Made by a program: the position numbers and the translations under genes. Positions 26,123-35,046 of a stretch of DNA of 36,311 bases are shown here, piece by piece. Source of the stretch: a virus. Its lineage: Duplodnaviria > Caudoviricetes. Below the pieces are notes generated by a model, which searched no databases, was not told the origin of the DNA, and was given only the letters and a program-made list of their open reading frames with translations. Within the stretch, counting starts at the first letter, position 1, and each line of letters starts with the position of its first letter. Location: IMG/VR virus record IMGVR_UViG_3300008255_000076, positions 1 to 36,311 of that record; one strand, given 5' to 3'.

Positions 26123-26881
26123 TTAACGGTCAGCGAGTTTTGCGCGAACTTCCTGTTGCTTTGCCTCCAACTCCTCCCTTGATAGGTTGGCGTTAGATTT
26201 GACACCGCCTGCGTCAGCCGCACCTCCTCCGCTTTTCGTTTTCTTTGCTTCTTGGTCTGCGATTTTGCCCCTCTTAGCGCCGATTTTTAAGAGGTCTTTA
26301 CCTGCTACCCCGTAAAAGATTTCCTCAATTGGAACGTCCTTACGGGACGGGTGAGACATATACTTTCGGGCTTTTGCCTCATAGGGCTTGAAGTCAGGGT
26401 TGTCCGTAAGGAAAGTTTTAATTTCCTGTTCGTCCTGTGCCTTGGCTTCTTTTTCAACGAACGGTTTAAGGGCTTTCTCCACAACCTTGCCGATAGTTTC
26501 CTTGTCAGCAGGGTCAATGTCGTCGTCCTCGTCGTCGTCAGAGGCTTTGTCCTTATCTTTCTCGCCACCCTTAGTTGCCTTGCGGCGTTCTTGGCGCTCC
26601 TTGATAAAGTCAATCGGGCGTTTACGGGTTGGAGGTTCTTTGTCCTCGTCCTCGTCGTCGTCCTTGGAGGTGGATTTCTTGGACTTTTTATCGTCCTTTT
26701 CTTCCTCGTCGTCGTCAGTTTCCTCCTCGTCGTCGGAACTGTCGTCGTTGTTTTCGTCAGTGTCGGCACCCTCCTCGGTGTCGTCGTCTGCGCCGTCGTT
26801 GTCTTTTGAGGTGTCGGTGTCCTCCTCACCTGCTTTTTCCTGCTCGTCCTCGGCAGGTTTGGTGGTTTCAATCTCTCCCAT
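26123..26881 (-). CDS. capsid scaffolding protein
   Basis: Very acidic N-terminus, helical C-terminus, immediately upstream of the MCP gene. Confidence 0.75.
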   Translation of the reverse strand: MGEIETTKPAEDEQEKAGEEDTDTSKDNDGADDDTEEGADTDENNDDSSDDEEETDDDEEEKDDKKSKKSTSKDDDEDEDKEPPTRKRPIDFIKERQERRKATKGGEKDKDKASDDDEDDDIDPADKETIGKVVEKALKPFVEKEAKAQDEQEIKTFLTDNPDFKPYEAKARKYMSHPSRKDVPIEEIFYGVAGKDLLKIGAKRGKIADQEAKKTKSGGGAADAGGVKSNANLSREELEAKQQEVRAKLADR

Positions 26882-26909
26882 ATGGTTGTTTTAAGTTTAC
26901 CTTTTTAGT

Positions 26910-27101
26910 AATACTCGCTTCCTTGTAAAAATGGGGGTAAAAACAAGAAAACGGACGCTCGTTTCGGTGGGACTAGCACCTAACGGGATTGCGATTTGTT
27001 ATCCCGAGCCTATCGGCTCGGTGTTGAGGGGTAGCAGGTTGCAAAGGACAAATCGCCAAAGCCCAAGCATTACTACTCCCCAACACCGAACCGACAGTAT
27101 T
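26910..27101 (-). ncRNA. candidate structured RNA A with loop-loop pairing, upstream of scaffold/MCP
   Basis: 20-bp helix 27078-27097/27010-27029 with three G-U pairs on minus; apical GCGAUUUGU complementary to hairpin loop ACAAAUCGC (26991-26999); further 11-bp stem; closing AAUACU/AGUAUU. Confidence 0.7.
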
Positions 27102-27127
27102 TATTTTTCAATGAACTTCGGCACACC

Positions 27128-27526
27128 TCATTCCTTTTGTCCGACCCTACGCACCTTTGCATAGGGGTCGTACTCGGGAACTTCGGTGTCTTTTTGGTTG
27201 AACCTGCCTATGATTTCATTTGGCTTGTTCAGTAACTCCTCAAGGTATGCCAAACGGTCTCTCAGCCTGTCGCACTCCTCCTCCTTAAGGGCTGTCTTGC
27301 CGTCCTCGGGGTCAACCTTTCGCAAGATTGCCGCCTCAAGGGTTGCAATGTTGCCCTCAAATATCTGTTTGAGGAGCAACCAACCCCTGTCGGACTGCAA
27401 GGACTGCAAAGCGTCAATGATGTCTGCCGCCTGCTCTGGTCGGTCAACGGAAAGGTCAAACTTCTTATGACGCTTTACCGCCTTGACCGCCTTTTTCGTA
27501 TTCTTTTTTGTTGGTTTGGTTGCCAT
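27128..27526 (-). CDS. head-module hypothetical protein between portal and scaffold
   Basis: 132 aa, helical, with a Lys-rich N-tail. Confidence 0.75.
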   Translation of the reverse strand: MATKPTKKNTKKAVKAVKRHKKFDLSVDRPEQAADIIDALQSLQSDRGWLLLKQIFEGNIATLEAAILRKVDPEDGKTALKEEECDRLRDRLAYLEELLNKPNEIIGRFNQKDTEVPEYDPYAKVRRVGQKE

Positions 27527-27531
27527 AAGAG

Positions 27532-29496
27532 TTACATTGTTATATTCGCCTCGTTAACAGGCGTCTTGGTACCTGACCCCTGTTGCATACCCTGACCGCC
27601 CGTAGGGTTCTGTGCGCTAGGCATTTGAGGAATGATGTCAGGACGTACCCGAGCAAGGAGCATAGCCCTCTTGTGAGCCTCTATGTGGGCATACTTGGCA
27701 GGTATGTCGCTCAACTTGTTATGGATTTCAAGGTGCGTAATGTGGTCGTCGGTAGGTAGCACCTCAACGAGTTCGTCAATCTCAAGTTGGCGGTTCTCGT
27801 CCTCTGCACGCAACTCCTCAATGGTAGGCGGCAAGAGTAGGTCAATCTCGTCCTTTTTTAGTCCCTTGAGTTTTCCCAAACGCTTGAACGCATAGCGCAG
27901 GTTTGAGGTAGGGTCTTGCGCAATGATTGAGACATAGCCCTCAAAGTTTCGGCTCTTGTTGAACTGCTTTGCCTCTGAAAGCACACGGCTCTCAACCGAT
28001 ACGTCCAAGTCAGTTTTAGACACAATGTCCTCACGTCTGAATGGTCGGTACTGTGCGCCGAGAGCGCCAACAACGCGCACAATCTTTTCGTCAATGCCGT
28101 CCTTGAAGTGGTCGCGGTAGAGGCGGTGCCACTGTTGCCAAAAGCGCTTTTCTGACCACCCGAAAATCTTTGCCGAGAGGCTGTAACGGGTATCAACTTT
28201 TTGGTTCTGCAATGAGAGTTCCGTTGCGGTACGCTTCGTATCGCTCTGAACGCCCTGTTGAATGTCAGGGGTGGCGGTAGCCTTTTGAGCCGACGCGTCA
28301 AGCACGTCCATAATGTATTGGACTTCCTGCTTAACTTGGTCTTTTGGCATTACCTGAACAGCGTTTGAAGTGTCGCCGTCAACAGGAATAAACTTATTGA
28401 AGTCAAAGTTGAGGTCAGCGCGGTTCTTAATCTTGTTCGTGTTGAACAGGTACATTGGGTGCAGGTTCGCCTTGGCGCCCTTAAGCCCGAGGTTCTGCAA
28501 CACTGCACGCGCTCTCTGCTTGTCCTCTACAAGGTCAGGGATAGAAATACCGTCAAAGGAGTTTGGAAGTGGGTATATGCGACGGTCAATAACGGGAATA
28601 TCGTTTGTCTTGAGTTCGTGGTATCGGACTACCTTGCGACGATTGTTTGCGAGAGTAACGAACACACGCTTGCCATTCCACATTGTGAACCACTCCAATA
28701 CGCGGTGGTCAACGTTGTCGCCCTTAAGTCCTGTGAACTTAGAGGTCTGTTGGAAGCCTCGTGCCTCCTGTGAAAGGGTCTCTGCTTCGTCAGTGAATGA
28801 CTTAAGGTCTTTGGTCTCATTCTTGAGTTCGTCAAAGCCGAAGTACACGCCTGCCTCTTTCATATCGCCCTTGGTAAGGCGTGCCTCACGACCCATAAAG
28901 CGTGCGCGTCCACGTCCTCTCAAGTCGCCGTTAACGCTCGTTGCGCGAGGGTCAACAATTACCGTCATTCGGTTCCAATACTCGGGTATTGGCAACATAC
29001 GGTCTCGGTCAAACTCCATAAGGCACACAAGTCCAGTGCCGTAAAAGGTAGCGTCCCAATCCCAATTGTAGTCAAGTATGTCCTTTTCCATTTCGCCGTT
29101 GTCGTATTCGGCGAGGGTAGTGTCATTCTCTGCAACGTCCTCGTCGCCTTGTTCACGCGCAACGAACGTAACGTTGAGTTTGTCGTCATAGAGCGACGCA
29201 AGTACGGTCTGGTGAATAGTGAAAAGCAGAGGGTCGCCCACAGCCTCTTTGTCGCGCTTTTGGTTGTTATAGAGTTTGAGGCGTACCCCGAACTCGTCAA
29301 ACTTAGGCTTGAAACTCCACCAACCAAGTTGGTATTCGGTCTCAACCTGCTCAATGAGGGACGTAAAGTCAGTCTTGCCGTACTTCTCAAGTTCTGCGGC
29401 AAGAGCGTCGCCCTCCATTTCGTCAGTCGTCAAAACAGGCTCGGCTTTCGCCACCTTTTTGACTGCCTTTTTCTTTTTGGTAATTGCTTTGGGCAT
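27532..29496 (-). CDS. portal protein (P22-like)
   Basis: 654 aa downstream of TerL; GISIPDLVEDKQR, TATE and DDHITHLEIH motifs. Confidence 0.85.
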   Translation of the reverse strand: MPKAITKKKKAVKKVAKAEPVLTTDEMEGDALAAELEKYGKTDFTSLIEQVETEYQLGWWSFKPKFDEFGVRLKLYNNQKRDKEAVGDPLLFTIHQTVLASLYDDKLNVTFVAREQGDEDVAENDTTLAEYDNGEMEKDILDYNWDWDATFYGTGLVCLMEFDRDRMLPIPEYWNRMTVIVDPRATSVNGDLRGRGRARFMGREARLTKGDMKEAGVYFGFDELKNETKDLKSFTDEAETLSQEARGFQQTSKFTGLKGDNVDHRVLEWFTMWNGKRVFVTLANNRRKVVRYHELKTNDIPVIDRRIYPLPNSFDGISIPDLVEDKQRARAVLQNLGLKGAKANLHPMYLFNTNKIKNRADLNFDFNKFIPVDGDTSNAVQVMPKDQVKQEVQYIMDVLDASAQKATATPDIQQGVQSDTKRTATELSLQNQKVDTRYSLSAKIFGWSEKRFWQQWHRLYRDHFKDGIDEKIVRVVGALGAQYRPFRREDIVSKTDLDVSVESRVLSEAKQFNKSRNFEGYVSIIAQDPTSNLRYAFKRLGKLKGLKKDEIDLLLPPTIEELRAEDENRQLEIDELVEVLPTDDHITHLEIHNKLSDIPAKYAHIEAHKRAMLLARVRPDIIPQMPSAQNPTGGQGMQQGSGTKTPVNEANITM

Positions 29497-29501
29497 TGTG
29501 T

Positions 29502-29864
29502 TTATTTGTCAAACCGTGAACCAGTACCACCGCTTCGGCGCTTGGCATAGTCCATTTCAAAGGTCTTGCCTGCGACGGTGCCTTTCTTTGCTTTCGCGTC
29601 CTTTTCCTCACAGCCGACTTTCATAACCTTGAACACGGCGCGTATCTGCTTATCAACTTCAACCTCACCGCCCCACTCGTTGCCTTGTGCCTTGCTCTTG
29701 ACCTCCACTTCCATTACGAGGGTGTACTTTTTGCCAACCTCCATATCCTTGAGTTCAGGCAGGTCGTCGTCGCCCAAGCGAAACGTAGGGTATATCTTTA
29801 CTTTCTTACTCTCACTCATTGAGGGGTAAGTCTCGGGAACCACTTTGTGCATTTTCTTTTCCAT
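29502..29864 (-). CDS. hypothetical protein
   Basis: 120 aa ORF ending 5 nt before the portal start. Confidence 0.75.
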   Translation of the reverse strand: MEKKMHKVVPETYPSMSESKKVKIYPTFRLGDDDLPELKDMEVGKKYTLVMEVEVKSKAQGNEWGGEVEVDKQIRAVFKVMKVGCEEKDAKAKKGTVAGKTFEMDYAKRRSGGTGSRFDK

Positions 29865-29875
29865 AATGAATAACG

Positions 29876-29971
29876 TTAAAAGCCCACTGATAAAGTGGGG
29901 TTAATAAATGACCGAACACCGCGAGAGGTTGCGGTTGAGAGGGTTGCTACTTGTGAGGTGTTTTTCGCCAT
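29876..29971 (-). CDS. possible 31 aa peptide
   Basis: MAKNTSQVATLSTATSRGVRSFINPTLSVGF; preceded by the same 17-bp element found upstream of recT. Confidence 0.35.
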   Translation of the reverse strand: MAKNTSQVATLSTATSRGVRSFINPTLSVGF

Positions 29972-30028
29972 AATCTTTAGCGCTAACTTGTAAGATTTTG
30001 GCGATTTCTCACTGTTTACATATGAAAA

Positions 30029-30298
30029 TTAAGGTTTCTTTCTTTTGACGATTTTGTTACTCCTCACTGTGTCAATGGTTGATTGCGCAACACCAACACA
30101 ATACTTGGTAATGCTGTCCAATTGCTTTTTCGTGTAGTCCTTTCCAAGGAGCCTTTGCGCGAACGTGCGCGTGGCAACAATGTGTCCTCGGTGCAGGTTT
30201 CCGTCAATGCTCATTACGATAATGAACACCGACCCCACGTTAACAATTGTGAACGGGCAACCCTCGTATGTTTCTGTGATTAAGTCTCGTACTTGCAT
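30029..30298 (-). CDS. hypothetical protein
   Basis: 89 aa; first ORF after an extended -10 promoter. Confidence 0.7.
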   Translation of the reverse strand: MQVRDLITETYEGCPFTIVNVGSVFIIVMSIDGNLHRGHIVATRTFAQRLLGKDYTKKQLDSITKYCVGVAQSTIDTVRSNKIVKRKKP

Positions 30299-30309
30299 TG
30301 TCTTAAATA

Positions 30310-30320
30310 ATTATACCACA
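30310..30320 (-). promoter_or_regulatory. extended -10 promoter for the head operon
   Basis: TGTGGTATAAT on minus, in the TerL-downstream gap. Confidence 0.65.
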
Positions 30321-30370
30321 AGTATTACTTCAAGTAGTAGTACCAGTGGCTGTTGATAAATGCCTCTTGA

Positions 30371-31903
30371 CTACGCATAGGGGTCAAAGTTAATTTTCTC
30401 AACACTCTGATTTCTTTTCGGCAGAGGGAACCATTGCGGCTCTTGAATGAGAATACGTCCCAAGTCCTCAATAAGGTGGTCGTCCTTGTCAATCGGCGCG
30501 TTCGGTACTCCCTTGGTCTCGCTTGAGCGTCCCTTAAGTTCCTGCCAACGCCAGTGTTCAACTTCGTAAATGAGCCTTTGGCAGTTCTCAAAGACGTATA
30601 GTTCAGGAGCCATAATCATTTCGCCGCCCTCAATGCGCTGATAGGCAAGAGCGTCAATGATACGTTGGTTGGACATTGTACGAGCCTTGGTACCGTCCTC
30701 GTACGACAAACCGTAGTCGCCAAGGCGCTGTGTGAGGCTCTTACCGTCCTCGTCGTGCTGATTGACGATAGAGGCAGAGGGGTCAATAAGGTGCTTCACA
30801 ACGCGGTATTGGGCGTCTTTCTGCTTGATGTAGTAGGCAAGTTCTTTGGTACCGTTCTCGGGCTTAAGCCACAACTCGTCAACGACGAACTTACGACCCT
30901 TGCGGTCAATGGCTACCCAAAGTCCTGCGTCATTGGTGCGAGGGTGAGGGTCAAGAGCGTGCCATACAACATAGTCGGCAGGGTCAAGCGCAAACGGCTT
31001 AATAACGTGTATGTTCCTATTCCACCGCTTAAACACAAGCCCAACGAGGTGTTGGAACTTACCGTAAATACGGGCTTGCTTCTCGTCCTCTGAATACTCC
31101 GCAATGATGTTCATTATGTGTTCGTGTTCAAGGTGTCCACGCACACCGTGTTGCTTACACGCACTTTCAATACCTGCCTCAATGTAGGCAACCTTACGCT
31201 CGTATTCGGCTGTTACGCCTCCCTCCTCGCTCGTTACTTGTACCTTGTAGTTGCCCTTAGCAAACGCGTCGTAGAGGTACGCAGAGCCTGCAAGAGGGGT
31301 TGCTGTAATGATTATTATACCGCCCTTACGCATACGGGAAACGGTAGCCTTAAAGATTGCCTCTGGTGGCGGTTCGTCAAACCACGCCCAACCAAGCGTT
31401 ACACCCTCAAACTCTCGGGCGTCCTGCTCATAGGTCATAAGGTCAAACTCAAAGCCTGTGTCAGTTTCAAAGATACTCTCAAAGGTCTTGTTGCCCTTGT
31501 GCGTCGTATACCTGCCCTCGGGAAACCAAAACTTGAGTTCAGGAATGATGTTTTTGGTCAGGTTGGTCGGGTCAGAGACAATACGCCCTTTCTTTTTCCA
31601 AGGGAACTCCTTAAAAATACCCTCATTAAAGTACATATTCTCGCCCGTGTTCCAAAACATATGGGCAAGAATGTTCGCACCTGTCGCCGTCTTTCCCACA
31701 CCGTTTGCGGCAGAGTAGAGGACAATAAAGTTCTCACCGCAGGCAACAGCGTCAATAAACTCCTCACCAACACCTGTTGGCTCGTAGTATCGGTAACGCT
31801 CACGTTCAAGACGCCTCAACATTTCCAGTTGAAGCGCACGCCACTCCTCGTCCGTCATTTCGGGGTCGCGTTCTATGACCTGTTGCTCTGCTTTCTTACT
31901 CAT
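30371..31903 (-). CDS. terL: terminase large subunit
   Basis: Walker A AANGVGKT, Walker B AWFDEPP, motif III TATP, RNase H-like ALDPH and DDHLIED. Confidence 0.92.
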   Translation of the reverse strand: MSKKAEQQVIERDPEMTDEEWRALQLEMLRRLERERYRYYEPTGVGEEFIDAVACGENFIVLYSAANGVGKTATGANILAHMFWNTGENMYFNEGIFKEFPWKKKGRIVSDPTNLTKNIIPELKFWFPEGRYTTHKGNKTFESIFETDTGFEFDLMTYEQDAREFEGVTLGWAWFDEPPPEAIFKATVSRMRKGGIIIITATPLAGSAYLYDAFAKGNYKVQVTSEEGGVTAEYERKVAYIEAGIESACKQHGVRGHLEHEHIMNIIAEYSEDEKQARIYGKFQHLVGLVFKRWNRNIHVIKPFALDPADYVVWHALDPHPRTNDAGLWVAIDRKGRKFVVDELWLKPENGTKELAYYIKQKDAQYRVVKHLIDPSASIVNQHDEDGKSLTQRLGDYGLSYEDGTKARTMSNQRIIDALAYQRIEGGEMIMAPELYVFENCQRLIYEVEHWRWQELKGRSSETKGVPNAPIDKDDHLIEDLGRILIQEPQWFPLPKRNQSVEKINFDPYA

Positions 31904-31908
31904 AATGT

Positions 31909-32220
31909 TTATGGTGTCTCTTGGGTGTCAATGGTTGGCAGTGGTACGACAATGGGTGTCTGCTTACAAAACTCCTTGATTACGGAAATATCCTTTGAAA
32001 TAGTCTCTATTTTGGCGTCTATTTCCGAAGCCACAAGCGCTGTCTGCTTGTATGTTGAACGACCTTCGGCATTAAACATAATGCTCCAAAGAGCAAAAGC
32101 CACGAGAACCGCAGAGACAACCCAATTTATCGCCCTGTGCGCTCTTGTCGCCTCGTCCCTATTGGGTACCTGTACCTTTGGCGCCACCCTCACTACTTTC
32201 ATTTTTGGTGATTTGTTCAT
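31909..32220 (-). CDS. single-TM membrane protein
   Basis: AINWVVSAVLVAFALWSIMF; start at ATG 32220 or 32202. Confidence 0.65.
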   Translation of the reverse strand: MNKSPKMKVVRVAPKVQVPNRDEATRAHRAINWVVSAVLVAFALWSIMFNAEGRSTYKQTALVASEIDAKIETISKDISVIKEFCKQTPIVVPLPTIDTQETP

Positions 32221-32629
32221 TTTGGTTTTGCTTAACTTGTAATAGTTCGGGGTTGCTGACCGCACACCCGATAATGCGAGAGTTGGACACTTTGAACTCC
32301 TGACCTTGCAGTTGAGGGTTCGCCATAATGTTTACGGTGAACGCTCCTCGTGCTTGGTTGTATTGCATAATGCCTCGCGCCTTAACGTAAGACGCAGGCA
32401 TACCCTCAATAAAGAACGCAGGCACGTCGCACTCAATCACGTCTGCCTCCCATATACTGCCGTTAACGGCTTTCTGACCTGTGTTGAGCATAGGTACGAA
32501 CTCACCTTGCAACTCCTCAAGGCGCCCGTCCTCGTGCTGAAAGATAGGCAACTGATTTGGCGACAGTCCTGCGCCGTAAATCATTCGCTTTTCTTTCTTG
32601 TCCCAAAATCGTAAGTCGTAACGTAGCAT
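32159..32629 (-). CDS. YopX-family protein
   Basis: RFWDKKEKRMI...MLNTGQK..NG.IWEADVI...IIG....NPELL. Confidence 0.8.
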   Translation of the reverse strand: MLRYDLRFWDKKEKRMIYGAGLSPNQLPIFQHEDGRLEELQGEFVPMLNTGQKAVNGSIWEADVIECDVPAFFIEGMPASYVKARGIMQYNQARGAFTVNIMANPQLQGQEFKVSNSRIIGCAVSNPELLQVKQNQNEQITKNESSEGGAKGTGTQ

Positions 32630-32633
32630 AGGT

Positions 32634-32915
32634 TTATTTTACGCCCTTTTTCGGGTTCTTAACACCGTTCTCTTTTGCCGCTTTCTTGGCTATCTCAACA
32701 GCCCTCATTGCGCACTTCGCAAAGCCCTCAACCGCCTCAATGTTTGAGAGTTCAAAGTGATAGTCTCGCGCTTTGGCGTTGCCTCCGAAACTGTCAGGCT
32801 TTGAGAGCGTAAGACGAGGCTGTGCTTGTGTGAGGTCAAGGCTAACTACCATAACGAACGCACCCTCTGCGACGGTGTATTGCTCGTGTGTCTTTACCAT
32901 TATTTCTTTTGCCAT
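32634..32915 (-). CDS. hypothetical protein
   Basis: 93 aa, operon packing. Confidence 0.7.
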   Translation of the reverse strand: MAKEIMVKTHEQYTVAEGAFVMVVSLDLTQAQPRLTLSKPDSFGGNAKARDYHFELSNIEAVEGFAKCAMRAVEIAKKAAKENGVKNPKKGVK

Positions 32916-32919
32916 AAGG

Positions 32920-33606
32920 TTATTTGTTATCAGGCTTGGTGCCTGCGTTCTTGTAAGGTTTGGTTGGCTGTCTGTCCTCGCCGTCCCCGAAGTACATATC
33001 TATTCCGAACGAGTGGTCAATCTCGTGTTGAAAGACGTGAGCCTTAAAACTCTCAACCTCCTCGGTTACGGTCTTGAGCCACTTAAAGCCCAAGAATGAA
33101 CGTAAAATCTGATACCGAACGACAACAGTGTGGTACCGCTTCGTGTTTTTCTTGGTGCGGCTAGGGTACGACATACAAGCGTCAGGTGCCTCAAGTAGGT
33201 TTGATACCTTTTTCCAAGCCTTAGTGATTTTTGCTTCGTACTCGTGAGAGTTTTGCTTACGCTGTATCTCACGCTTAGGTACCAAGCGCTCAATCTCGTC
33301 CAACGCCTCAACGACTTCTGCGTTGAATATCACTTGAGCAGGGAAGTAAAAGTTTTTACTGTTCTGTTGGCGCGTGTGCTTCTTGCTCTTTGCGACTAGT
33401 TCGCTTGAGATAGCGAACATTGCAAGTGGTTCCTCGGATACCTGACAGTGGCTTATTGCGACAGCCGACTTCCAGTTTCCCGTGAAACCTGCCTTGTTGC
33501 CCTCCTCAATGAATGAGGCAAGCGCCTTAGCCTCCTCGTATGCACGTCCGAGGTTCTTGCGCGTAACGCGCTCTGACGGCTTGTGGTGAGGCTTAATCAG
33601 TTCCAT
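32920..33606 (-). CDS. def: divergent peptide deformylase
   Basis: Motif 1 AVAISHCQ, motif 2 DACMS (canonical EGCLS), motif 3 QHEIDH, in the correct order. Confidence 0.8.
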   Translation of the reverse strand: MELIKPHHKPSERVTRKNLGRAYEEAKALASFIEEGNKAGFTGNWKSAVAISHCQVSEEPLAMFAISSELVAKSKKHTRQQNSKNFYFPAQVIFNAEVVEALDEIERLVPKREIQRKQNSHEYEAKITKAWKKVSNLLEAPDACMSYPSRTKKNTKRYHTVVVRYQILRSFLGFKWLKTVTEEVESFKAHVFQHEIDHSFGIDMYFGDGEDRQPTKPYKNAGTKPDNK

Positions 33607-33925
33607 TGTCGTTTGGTGTGTCCTTAGCCTCTGCGTCGCTTACAGGGGCATTTGGGACAGGATTAAAGTGCAGTGAGAACGACGAGGCGGTAGGCTGAAC
33701 CTCAACCCAATCCTCTACGACCTCATAACCAACTGCGCTCTGTTGCTTGGCTTGGTACGCCTCAAGAGCAACCTTGTTATCAAAGACAGCAACAGGCACA
33801 CGGTCAGTGCGTGTGATTTCCTTGCCGTCCTTTTTGCCGAGAGGCTTAATGACGTTCTCGTACAGGGTGTAAACCTTGTATTGCTTTACGTCGCGGCTCT
33901 CGGGTGCTTGTCCTGTTTTTGGCAT
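33593..33925 (-). CDS. hypothetical protein
   Basis: 110 aa, operon packing. Confidence 0.7.
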   Translation of the reverse strand: MPKTGQAPESRDVKQYKVYTLYENVIKPLGKKDGKEITRTDRVPVAVFDNKVALEAYQAKQQSAVGYEVVEDWVEVQPTASSFSLHFNPVPNAPVSDAEAKDTPNDNGTD

Positions 33926-33930
33926 AGTGT

Positions 33931-34209
33931 TTAAGCGTTAACGAACTCCTTAAAGGCTTTCGCAGGGGTGAACTTGACCTTGGTGCGAGGTGCGACCTTT
34001 ACGCTCTCACCTGTGCGAGGATTGCGCCCCACACGTCCTTTCACTCCTTTACTGGTAAAGATACCGAAGCCTGCAAGACTGACTTTTTCGCCACCCTTGA
34101 CCTGCTCCTTAACGGTATCAAGCACGAGGTCAACGACACGCTCTGCGCCTGCGCGTGAGCCTCCGTTTTCCTTATGCACTTCGTCTACGAGATTTTGCTT
34201 GTTATACAT
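33931..34209 (-). CDS. hup: HU/IHF-family DNA-binding protein
   Basis: VSLAGFGIF...GRNPRTGE...VKFTPAKAFKE. Confidence 0.95.
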   Translation of the reverse strand: MYNKQNLVDEVHKENGGSRAGAERVVDLVLDTVKEQVKGGEKVSLAGFGIFTSKGVKGRVGRNPRTGESVKVAPRTKVKFTPAKAFKEFVNA

Positions 34210-34240
34210 AGCAATTTGTTAAATGACCTTAATTTTTAAT

Positions 34241-34401
34241 AACTTCTGCCTCTGACGGGTCAGTATCGTCAGCGACAGGAGGCTTATACCTCTCGTGCAT
34301 ACGCGCTGTGTGCTTCATTCTCGCGGCACGCACGAGGTCTATGAGCGTCCACAGCACGCTTTCCCAAAAGAGGTACCAATGCAATTTGAGGTAGGCAAGT
34401 T
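34241..34401 (-). ncRNA. candidate structured RNA C upstream of HU
   Basis: Outer stem 34241-34251/34393-34401; 11-bp stem 34292-34302/34326-34336 with G-U pairs; hairpins 34252-34272 and 34344-34360; loop GCUGUG complementary to CACAGC. Confidence 0.6.
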
Positions 34402-34404
34402 TTT

Positions 34405-35022
34405 TCATAGTTTTGATACTGTCGGCACCTTATCAACAACGGCGCTCTCAACGATTATGAATTGGTCTGTGCCTGCCTCCTTGAGGTCAGGGTGCGCCTC
34501 AAGGTACTTACCGATTACCATTTCAGAGTTCTTGCGAACCTCGGTCAAAGAGCAGGTGAAATACACCTTGTCTCTCGTCCCTGCGTGGATAATCAGCACG
34601 CCGACCTTTTCCTTGCTCAAGCGGTTAATGATTACCGCCTCTGCCTTGGTGTCCTCGGGCGTGCGGTTATGTAGGTCAAGGCGGTTAACCTCAACCTTTA
34701 CGTCTTGTCGCCCGTCCTCGTGTCGGGTAATCGTGGTCTTTTTCCCGTCCTCGCTCTCGTCTACTTCAACGAGTGGGTGTTCCCAACGACTGCCTTTGTG
34801 GGTCTGCTCAATGGTCATTTGCTTCTTGAAAATGAACGTAGGGACAAGCGACCCTGCGTGTTCGGGGCTTGCTTGCCACTCAAACTCGTCGGCGCGGAAT
34901 ACCTTACCGTCGCTAGGGAAGCGAACCCCGTAATTGTGCTGACCGAAATAGTCGTCAAGCCACTCTGCTGTCTCAAAATGCAGGTCTAGTGGGTGTTGTG
35001 TTTTTCTTTGATATGAACTCAT
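34405..35022 (-). CDS. hypothetical protein
   Basis: 205 aa ORF with phage-like codon pattern. Confidence 0.75.
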   Translation of the reverse strand: MSSYQRKTQHPLDLHFETAEWLDDYFGQHNYGVRFPSDGKVFRADEFEWQASPEHAGSLVPTFIFKKQMTIEQTHKGSRWEHPLVEVDESEDGKKTTITRHEDGRQDVKVEVNRLDLHNRTPEDTKAEAVIINRLSKEKVGVLIIHAGTRDKVYFTCSLTEVRKNSEMVIGKYLEAHPDLKEAGTDQFIIVESAVVDKVPTVSKL

Positions 35023-35046
35023 AGCGATTTGTTGTGATTATTAAAA

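Noticed and set aside
24780-26830. TCGTCCTC-type repeats as a CRISPR or tandem array
   Set aside because: They are GAC/GAG codon runs in acidic proteins, with no repeat-spacer periodicity
31118-32242. Long plus-strand ORFs (374 aa here; also 28370..29044 and 34295..34933)
   Set aside because: Antisense shadows of well-supported minus-strand genes, with no recognisable motifs
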